From: Balanoglossus misakiensis
Taxonomy: Eukaryota > Animalia > Hemichordata
Reading direction: 5' to 3'
DNA: 64,000 nucleotides
Assembly (NCBI GenBank): GCA_040954595.2
Contig: CM082578.2
Span: 5,252,831-5,316,830 of the forward strand
In this document: positions 54,301 to 64,000 of the stretch, one piece after another
How positions within the stretch are numbered: the stretch's first letter is position 1
How the letters are laid out: each line of letters opens with the position of its first letter
Notes under the pieces: model-generated
Seen by the model: the letters and a program-made list of their open reading frames with translations, nothing else
The model's database searches: none
What the model was told of the DNA's origin: nothing
Translations under genes and position numbers: made by a program

Positions 54301-57300
54301 CATTGATGTACTTTTCCAATTTCGCAATATCCACAAATGAGCAAATTCTTATTACAGGTGAAAGCAAAAGACGGACCCAATACAGGTTTTACATTTTATG
54401 GAATGGGAGTACAACAAAGCCGCCTTAACGCAAACTACGGGGGTCTCATCTACGGCTACAATGCCAGCCATATACGCATGTGGTCACCAGACACATCTTA
54501 TGGCGGTATAGTCAATGTCATCGACGGATGGGGAGGAGAGATCTACGCCCAAACTTCCCAAACTGCTGACGTCACTGTCAAGATGTGGCAAACTGAGGCA
54601 ACTGGTCAGTATGAGTGTTACGAAGATTCGTGATGAACGTAAAATGTACCGAAATATGTTTTTGGAAACACGCCAATTCTCTCTCAATTGTTTATGTTTA
54701 GACCCGTGCCATGAAAGCAACCACATAGAAATAGACAACCGATACAGAAGTTCAACGTTCAGCTCGAGCCACTTCTCTGACGTGTCTCAGCTAATATGTG
54801 ACAACGGTACAAGGATAGCGTGGTATCGATTTACAAGTGAAGCTGGGGGCGAAATACCGACATCTTGTGTTGCTGAAGGAATGTGTGGAACTCGGTATCC
54901 CGTATGGATTAATGAAACAATTCCCGAGGACGGTGTCAGTACTGTAACAGCATGCATCAACAAGGGTAGGATTTTTAAAGGATTGTGTCTACCTTTTATG
55001 TGTCAATGTAATACAGCTGAACAAACCGAATTTACGGACCATGCACTACATTTATATTTGGTGCAAAATTGCCCCATAGTCGCTGGTTAATTGCTCAGTC
55101 AAGTGTCAATATTATATTCATAATCTTAATCACTGAATATGTGTTTTATATTATTTTATTCATTTATTAGGTGCATGCTGTGATGACACTGTCTATATCA
55201 AAGTCAAAATTTGTTCAGACTACATAGTGTATGAATTGAAACCATTGTTACCATGTCCAACGGCGTACTGTGCAGGTATTCCCAAAGGAGATTTACTTTT
55301 CAAATATTTTCATGTATTAAGGTAGTATTTGCCTCGGGGAGTTTGAGGAGTTTTGTTGAAAATATTGAAGAAAACAGGGTGTTCTTCGTCATTTTCCCCG
55401 TGAAAATCGCTACTGTACATTTTCTCCACACACTTAACACAGACATTGGCGGCCATTTTGAATTTACGACAATGTTGCTGTCTCATTCAAAATTTCTATG
55501 GGAAGTTAACCACCACGATTAAAGCCCTCTAACTTCCTATTTCTGAACAGGAGATAGAGAACCTTGCCCACCTGGTCAGCGTTCCCCAACAGGGGATTTC
55601 CAACCTGACTGTACAGGTAAGCGCTTCCTTTTCTAAGACATTTTCCCGGTTTTTTTTACCGGTCAGCAGATTTCTCTTGAAACATGCATTTTATTTCACA
55701 ACAAAATTCTCTTCGATTATGAAACACAAACCGTTTTCTTTCAGATGTGTTTCCCCAGTTGGAATCACCGCCTCTGCTAGAACACAAGTTTGATGACAAT
55801 ATCGCCTACTTTGAATGCAGTTTTGAATTTCCCATGTGGCAGAACACTTCGTATTTAGTAGACTGGTATCTCGACGAGAATCGTGTAAACTACAAATACC
55901 TCAGTTATAAAGAGAGAAGCGACAAACTGATGGAAAATGAATATAAACTCGGATCAACCGTAAGTAAATCGCACCAACTTTACAAGGACATGTATCGTCA
56001 TCATATTGTTGTACATTAGCCTATTCCAAATTGGTGGTTTGATTTATAGCTGCTGTAAACCATTACTGCACCGTTATGCCCCAAAAATAATATGTGCTGT
56101 TCCGATTAGATGGTTTTTAAAAATAGGGTGGGTAGGTAGGTAGGGAAATTGTTTTTATTTTCCATTTTTTTTATTTCTCTGGCCGCAATAGTGTAGAGGA
56201 ATGACGTCACAGTTCTTGCGTGATGCGCGCGATATCGTCATAGTTCTCGCGAGATTCGTGCAGTTTTCATAAATTTTGTATATTTGACATCGTTATTTTT
56301 ACTTTTGGGTTTAAAAAGCTCTAAAAAGTTTTAGGGTCGGTGGGCTAAAATTAGGCTAGGTCGGGTAATCGAAACAGCACATATTTTTTATTTTGGCCCT
56401 AAGAACAAATGGTACCATATACAACATGTACATGCAAGGGAAAACTAAGCTTTCTTGTTCCTTCTATCGCTGAGACAGGTAACTTGTGAAGTGTCGGCTA
56501 CATACGTAGGTACTGAGATATATGGTTACCCCCTTCAAAGTAACGCTATCTTCGTAGGCGTACAGGTAATTAACATAATTCATTGTTCTTGTGTGGTATT
56601 TTCAGCGGCTCCTTAACAGAGTGCAAAAAGGTCGGAAATCTTTCTGGCACAGGAAAATGCCACCTTTGATATCGTTTATTTACCATGCGCGACATTAAAT
56701 CATGTAAATTGGTTTACAGAAACTTTTTTCGGCATTTTGATTTCTTCGGTGTGCATTCTGAGAAGCGCTGCCTTTAGTGTACCACGTATATATAATGTCA
56801 GGATATTCTCGCAACATCCGGGAACTTCCGGCCACTGTGCTCATATTGTAAATTCCTTCTCGGTTCAAATGTGACCATGGTACATTCTATGTAAGGTTTC
56901 AGTTCATTTTCTAAGTTTTGGGGTGATGAAATGTGTATGTCACGTACACATATTGAAACGTACCTTGAGAGTGTTGCCAATCATTGCAGCGTGTGAAATA
57001 AATCAATCCTGTCCCAACTTATGAAATATTCAATTTTTCAGGTATTGCCGAATGGTGTCACTGTTTGGGAGGATGAGCTACCCTCTAATGTATCGATTAC
57101 AACGACCGTTGCAATGCAGTGTTCCTTTTATTTGAGGGCAAGAGAAAATAAGTATTTTCACGTTGCGGGCGTTTCATTGCGTGACGTCAGAAATCGCTGT
57201 CAAACTCTCGCAATCCTTTTGATTTCAAAGATTGTAATTTTACTTCTCAGATACACAGAATTTAATCTGAGATAAACAAAACTACATGTACATGCAACAA

Positions 57301-59887
57301 ATATACAAATTCCAGTTCCTATAGTGAATATCTTTACTTTCCTCCATTTCAGATTACTACGGTTTATCACGACCCGATATTGTCTTTGACAAATGTCAAG
57401 TTGATTACGGCTACCAAGATGGCGCCAACATCGTTTCTATTTACGCCGTAAGCGATTGTCAGTCAGAGACCTTTTATGCAAATGTTGTAGATATTATCCC
57501 GACTGGAGATTGTTCCTTGTCCGTAATGGAGGGTTATGCTCAGTCTTTTGATGTAAGTTTTTTTTCTGGAGTTTATCGCTTCCGTTGTGTTGACTAATCA
57601 ATGCAAGCTAAATATGATTGTTTTTTTTTTAATTTATGCTAAAATCCAACTGAATTACTCATTAAACCCAATTTTAAGCAATTATCATAAAGTAGTCGTA
57701 GAAGACTAATGCATTAGATTATAATTATCTCTTTCGTTCTTAAATTTATTTGTAGGTGAACACAGAAGAGCTCGACTGTGGCAACTGTTGTGGGACTGGG
57801 GATCCGCACTACACGACATTTGATGATAGGTACATTTATGCATCTAAGTTCATCCTCATCAAGTTCGACAGTATGATCTAAGGTTTCACAACTATGGCGT
57901 TGACAAAACTAACCAAAACTTTCGATTATTACCGAAGGTGTGTTGGACATACATTAGGACTGTCAAAATATATTTGCTATGCGCATTTGTTGAGAGCTCG
58001 TGTGTGTTTTCTACGAAAATACCAACAGTTTCATTCTACACTCTAGTTACTCTGGGGTCATGGAGCTAACGTCACGCTGAGTCTCGTTTTCATCTTAATC
58101 TGATAAAAAATATGCCTCGTGTGCAAATTTACCATACATAACAAATTCTCGTTCTGTCAATCATTGCTTTAAATGATAAAACCTTTCAAACGAGTAAAAT
58201 GTTATGCCATATTTTTTATCTTAGTTCCTATGACTGGTATGGGCTCGGGGACTTTGTTCTTCATCAGAGTTTATCGCGACAATTTGAGGTAGGCCTAATA
58301 ATTTTACTTAGTTTGTATAGCTTTAGTTTCTAGTAGGAGGTAAGAATGAATAAACGCCGATATTGCGAATATCCATCAACATATCTATTGACACAAGAAG
58401 AGGTCCTGTTTACAATCATACACATATTCACGTTGAAAACAGTTGCCTACCCACGTTTACAACGAGTGTCACGTGGCCGATTGCATTAAAAACTGCAATA
58501 TGTTATTCTGAGCTTGTGGTTTGCCATTGAATATCACCTTTACACAATATTTTCTTAAAGAGATCGTCAACAAGCTTTCCACTAAACCCTTGACTTCACA
58601 TTCTCGTGGCTACCACGACCACCACTTTCGCAGGAATCTGCTGGCTCCAAAGTTTTTTTGGACTCGATGACGTCATGCTATATAAAACATACCTTCTCAG
58701 TGAGCAAATGACGTAGTTCTAATGGACATCATGCGATCTCTATATATTAATTGAAAATGTGAGGGGCCAATATGCAAATTAGTGCAAATGGTTTAAATTT
58801 ATTATATGTCAACATGAATTCAACGTTTGTTGATGCAAGGCTTGTATTTCCACATTCTGCTATTTTATTAATTTCAACAGGTTCATGTTAGGACCTGGGC
58901 ATGTAATGCTGTGACGTGTCACTGCGCCATCGCTGTACGTGAGAATAACGACGTCATAAGTGTCGATATCTGTCACGGGACCTACGGCAAAGCTGCCCCG
59001 AAGATAACCAAGTTGAGTAACGGCAAGATGGCCAGTGGCGTGAGGGTAAAGAAAGATGAAACGGGAAAAGAATTCGTGTAATTACAAATTTATGAAATTT
59101 AGGTCTTTATTACATACCTCGATGTGCGTGCAAAATCAGTGCGCGTTGATTCGAATAGGCAACATCCGGGAATGTAGCCTGCCGGTGAACATTATCTTGA
59201 CCGGTTGCTAAGGCTTCGAGTTCGATGACACCCAGCCTGAACAACAGCTGCCGGAACTATTTTCCCCAAATACTTGCTCTTCTGAAAATATTTTTGGACA
59301 TATTTATTAAAATCAACAGTGGTTTAAACGATGACTATGACAGGAGACCATTTGCATCCTGCGTCGGGCAAATGGCCCCTGCCGCTCGGGCACATACACC
59401 CATGTATTCAGGCAATAATGTATAATAGGCCTACTCACGAAGCCGACTGCTCTAAATGGCATTTTGTCTGCGCTGATACCATTCCAACTATCGTATAAAC
59501 ATAATCTTACATGTACGTCCAATTTCTTGCAAGTCGATGAATTATCATTCAATTGCATAGCTTAGACAACATTATAGCGTGGTCAGTCACAGACTCACTG
59601 TCGTCAGCTTGAGACCTTTTGCCTATTTTCCTCCACGGGTTTCACATACTGATCTCGTTAATCGAACCGTTCTTTCAGATTGACATGCCTTCTATGAGCT
59701 CGGTCCGCGTTGTAACAGCTAGCACTTATATAAATGTGTACCTTGATGTACCTGGCGCCGATTTTGATCTCTCGGACGGTTTGTGTGGAACATTTGACCA
59801 CGATAAGAGCAACGATTACAGGAAAAGCGATGGTACAACTTTGGCGTATACCGGACGTCGACCAGATGAATTCAGTGAAAGTTGGAG
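51375..59887 (+). CDS. VWDE-like extracellular protein (3 uncharacterised repeats + UMOD/OIT3-type D8C + Ig-like + von Willebrand D domain); 5' and 3' ends not found
   Basis: Exons 51375-51502, 52157-52343, 52562-52813, 53471-53599, 53829-54034, 54358-54604, 54702-54965, 55171-55275, 55551-55616, 55745-55959, 56479-56565, 57042-~57146, 57353-57552, 57756-57829, 58225-58288, 58881-~59075, 59679-59887. Motifs WYRFTSEAGGEIPTSC...CGTRYPVW, YIVYELKP...AYCA, CGTGDPHYTTFD, GLCGTFD...FSESWR. Confidence 0.8.
51520..51663. repeat. Inverted repeat / foldback element
   Basis: agcaataaaacacccccagccatggtatatcac is mirrored by gtggtataccatggctgggggtgttttattgct. Confidence 0.75.
52923..53097. repeat. Imperfect long palindrome (MITE-like)
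   Basis: cccttttcctaagtctagcgccctca...gaggccaacgggg is mirrored by ccccgttggcctc...tgagggcgctagatttatgaaaaggg. Confidence 0.7.
56077..56400. mobile_element. MITE with ~30 bp TIRs (Harbinger-like)
   Basis: ccaaaaataatatgtgctgttccgatta ... taatcgaaacagcacatattttttattttgg. Confidence 0.6.
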
Positions 59888-60823
59888 GTACAAATGATAT
59901 ACTACTTTACATATTTAAATCGTTCCAGTGGTACTGCCATGGAAAATGAAATGCCTTGTTGGGAATGGACTGCGTTTAGAAAACAAATTGTATGGTTCAA
60001 TATATTGTGAGAGTTATGCAGTCTTTCTTCCGGGCAGGTAGCATGAGAGATGTGCTGGTGACCTCTTGGAATCCCAAATACATATTGAGGGTCAGTGCCA
60101 TTACTAGTACTTTCATTTGAGAAAGAACTGGTCAGAATCCTACCTGAGTACCCCACCTGTTGCAGTCTGTCACTGTCAAACATTAACTGGATGAGATGCC
60201 CTCTACGGTAGCTTCTTACGTTTATGTGGGTCAGGGTCATTTGGTCCCTGGGACTTGAAGTGGGTCCAATCGAAGCACTCCACTCCTCATTATGAAGAAC
60301 TATTAAAAAGACCTTTGGGTGTACTACCAGCTGGGGCGGGTGTCACTTGAGGGAGGCATGTGCAGTAAAATTCATTTATCATTTCTATATTTTCTTCAAT
60401 TTATTTTACAGGCAGTTTTCATTTGTCCTCAGCAGTAAAAGATAGAGTAAAAGAACAACTTTTAAAATTAAGTTGAAAATGTTTCAATAATTTGAATGAC
60501 TTATACTCCACTGACACAGATCACTTCAGTTTTCACACAGATTTTAATAAAAACCATTTACTAGGAAGGCAACATTACCTTTAAATTCAGCTAACAATTT
60601 GTTTTATGTCAAGAATTCCTCTTCTGGGAATGAAAGCATAAGGTACATGTAGCTGCCAACCATAGATTAAGTGCCATGGGAGTCTTGGCATTTATTTTCA
60701 CAATGACCATTTGTGAGAATTCTGGTATTGCCTTTATCACCGCAACAGTCTGGAGATATGTGGCGAATGTGGCTGTACATCTGTTTTGAATTCCGCTTTC
60801 ATTTTGTGCATATGGTTCTTAAT

Positions 60824-63800
60824 CTACCTCTGAAAATGGCCTTTTTCCCCACATTGATTTTCTGATTGCAGTTTTTTTTCGCACTCCTCCACCAACAAAA
60901 CCAATGTTTGGAGTCCCAGTAACGTCAATAATTCCTTCAGAAGAGTTAAATCATGATTTTTGAAATGGCCCTTCTCCTTCAAATCATCAAATATTTCTGA
61001 GGGAGATCCCAAAGCCTGTAACTCTCGTGCGGGTATTTGCTCATTTCGCAACAGGCCTCTCAGTTTGCGTTCTTTAACTTTGTCTATACCATTTTCAAGT
61101 TCCATGAACAGGATCTTCAGTGGCTTAACTTTAGTCATCTCAAAACCAAGTGAACCTGAAATGATAATATTACTTCGTAAGTAATAAGAGATGTTTTTTT
61201 AGAAGTGTTAACATATTTGGTATGCATTATTTTTGACACTCACCTCCATTTGAAGAACTGTTAGAAATTTGCTGCACTTGACTCTCCTACATGAGAAAAA
61301 GAGACATCTCTTATATATTAAACAGAAACACACCACCACCATAAAATGGAACATAATGTAGTATATGTTTCAAATTTCCTCATCATTTCGTGCTTGAAAA
61401 CTTTAAGGTACTCATTACAGTGACCCCTTTTGTTGACCAACCTGGAAAATTACCCACTGACAGCCAATTTGTAGCAAAGACACATTCAGTTCCAGGTGAA
61501 ACCAAATATATTGGATCTGGCACTCTCTCCATACTCAAACTCATTTTTTTCTTTTCAATGCAGTAATTGAAAATGATACATTTAACCCAAACCCTTGAAA
61601 TTCTAGCACCAGTAATTTGACTTGTATCGTACAAACAAAATAAATTGCTTTCTGCAATTAACACATTTCATACATGGCACAGTCATCTCTTTGTGATACA
61701 AAAATGATAACCGATTTTCATTTCAATTATTCACATGCTAATAAGTTTAGGTAGGTTCTTACATTTGGCATTGAGAATTGGAGCTCAACGTTTGGTTGCT
61801 CATCATTTTTCTGGAACAGCATATGTCCAACTAGATCGCTTGTACTCTTATGCTGCGGTTTCACAGCAACAGTGACATCCCAGTAGTTATCAGAATACGG
61901 GTGGTATGGTTGACTCGTGTTCAGCACGGACTCTAGAACAAAAGCCCCCTTCGTGGGTACAGAATTTTTGACAACATCTCCACTTTTCATATCAATATCA
62001 GGACTGTGTGTTGTTCTTTCATCAGTGTATTTTTTATACTTCTCTGTACTTTGCAATAGATCAGATATGGATACTTGTCTCATGGTCTCTACCAGGTCAC
62101 ATCTTAAGCGTCTTGCATTATCCTTGTGCTGAAGCAGAAGAATCTTTACAATCTGACTTCCAGTCTTCTTGAAGTTTGTGATGGTTGAAAGCATATCAGG
62201 AATTCCTGGCATGGTGTCTTTGATGTATCTTGCCAACGAATATCTGAAAACAATTCCAGACACTTTCAAGGAATGAAAATGGTGAAATGCAATTACATGT
62301 TCTACCGCTGACCCCACATTTAGAATCACAGATTACAGAAAAGGTGTGTTATATCACCATTACTTGTGGATCCAATCAAAGGAAGATTTCTTCAGAGCAA
62401 TATCGACATAACTGCAGTCATTACATTGCATTTCCACTGAAGTCTATGCTGGTGTATTTTTACAGAAGAAAACTTCAACCTACCCACTCAGTATCTGAGT
62501 GTGAAATTCCACCACATCCTGTTGTACAGTAAAAGAACAATCCTTGGTAACATCTTTCCATTCATAATTACCAGCTTCATCTTTTAGTATGCAGAGTTCT
62601 GTTTCATTAGATGAGACATATGGAATGTCTGGTGGCAGTGGGATGGTTAGTTTTACAGGCTTCTTGAACTTTACTCTTTCCCTCTGGCCTCGATTGATGT
62701 ACACTATGGATGCAAAGGACACATCCAGAGATTCTCCACCAGTTGGGAAGACACTATCAACTGTGTTATAGCAACAGCCATGGACCTTCAATACAAACAA
62801 TAAGCCTCATTGAATGTTGTCACTATACCAGTACATACCGGTACATGTATACCTGGCTGAATTATCTCCTGTCTAAGAGTTTAACTGCTTATGGCTGCAG
62901 CCTGTCAAAGTTTTTGGCAAAATTAATCAATCAAACAAGCAATCTATCAGCTGATGCAGTTCCACCTTAATCTCTTAATGTCATGTTAATCTCTAAGTGG
63001 GGTAATAACAGGTATGGGTAAATGTTGGTGGTTGTGATGGTGGTTGTGGTGATGAAGATGATGATGATATTTACCTCTAATATTATAGCCTTTTCATCCT
63101 CTATGGCATCTTCTGGAACTACGATGCTAATCCGTTCGTCTTTTCTTGAGGTAAATTTTCCACCTTCTTTGCCGATATCAAATGTGTCTGTATAAGGTCT
63201 TGAAATTGCGATGAAAAGTGAAAAATGGCAGACTTCTACCTTGATATGATTGTCTTCCTGAATAAAAATCAACATTTAACAATATCATTTTCACTTTAGT
63301 GTATGGTCAGAATCTTTATGAACAAATGATTAGCACTTTTGATTGGTGGTGGTATTAATTGCTCTGGTAGTAAAACAAACATTGTCTCAGAGACTGTGTT
63401 TTGTTTTGCCAAATGGAAGATTAGTAATTGCAATGACATTGATAACTGTAGTACAATTTCACTGTGCAGAACCATGATGTACCAGGCCCATAACAGGGGC
63501 TCTGAGACATATTCGTTATGATGTTTGGGGGGGGGGGGAGGTTGTGTTCCTCGAAAAAAGGGTGAGCTAGTGGGTACTTACTTCAACAGTTTTCAACTCT
63601 TCCCATGTTTCACGATTTTTGCTTGTCAGGATGATCTGTTCTCTCGTAAACGGTTGAACATTTAAACACTTCCTCACAAGGTAGACTGGTTTCTTCAGTG
63701 TAATGTGATCTGCCTCAAAATCAAGGACATCTGACTGATACCATTCAAAGTCTGCAAGAGGGACCTTGGTGACGTTCTTGTTACATGTGACCAACAATGT

Positions 63801-63872
63801 TGTGTCTTCTTCAACACATTCTGGTGGGACCTCGAGCGAAAATCCACATGGTAATTTGTAGGAACATCTTTC
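60824..63872 (-). CDS. PIDD1-like protein, 3' part: ZU5-ZU5-UPA followed by a death effector domain (5' exons outside window)
   Basis: Exons 63872-63582, 63257-63075, 62785-62484, 62243-61763, 61286-61244, 61155-60824, all in phase. ZU5 motifs GFSLEVPPECV, VEVCHFSLF (PIDD HF/S autoproteolysis motif), FKKPVKLTIPLP; a UPA-like exon; DED-like LFMELENGI...LRGLL...IPARELQ...EIFDDLKEKG...DLTLLKELL. Confidence 0.8.
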
Positions 63873-64000
63873 CTTTAGGGAAAAACAACAATCATTACAA
63901 ATCAGAAATGGGGCTGGAAATCTCCACTTTTGAAGGTTCAATGTTAAATAAATTCTGTCATAGAACTAGAAAGCATCCTTGCGACCGAAAACGAAGTTCC

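Noticed and set aside
59902-60780. Additional coding exons of the PIDD-like gene after the DED
   Set aside because: No phase-compatible open exon or recognisable motif; probably 3' UTR or intron.

Overview
Eukaryotic (metazoan) genomic DNA: AT-rich, with spliced GT-AG genes and many MITEs and microsatellites. The gene and repeat content suggests an invertebrate such as a hemichordate or other deuterostome (inference). In order: (1) a complete 8-exon FBXL5 on the minus strand (hemerythrin, F-box, LRR and the 2Fe-2S Cys motif); (2) a head-to-head 2-exon SPMIP1/ATP6V1FNB-like gene; (3) a tandem segmental duplication (~21.1-27.3 kb and ~27.3-35.5 kb), each unit carrying a small secreted Cys-rich mini-EGF peptide gene (+) and death-domain exons (-); (4) two CARD/coiled-coil/death-domain (RAIDD-like) adaptor genes plus an orphan duplicate of the last two exons, whose death domain is far more diverged than the flanking non-coding DNA; (5) a three-level nested MITE stack whose insertion order can be read from the TSDs; (6) a VWDE-like gene with three N-terminal repeats I do not recognise, breaking off after its VWD domain; (7) the 3' part of a PIDD1-like gene (ZU5-HFS-ZU5-UPA) on the opposite strand, ending in a death EFFECTOR domain instead of a death domain. 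The best candidate for an undescribed system is this diversifying, PIDDosome-like death-fold locus with co-duplicated secreted peptides. All gene models were assembled by eye from ORFs and splice-site phases; no database searches were run.
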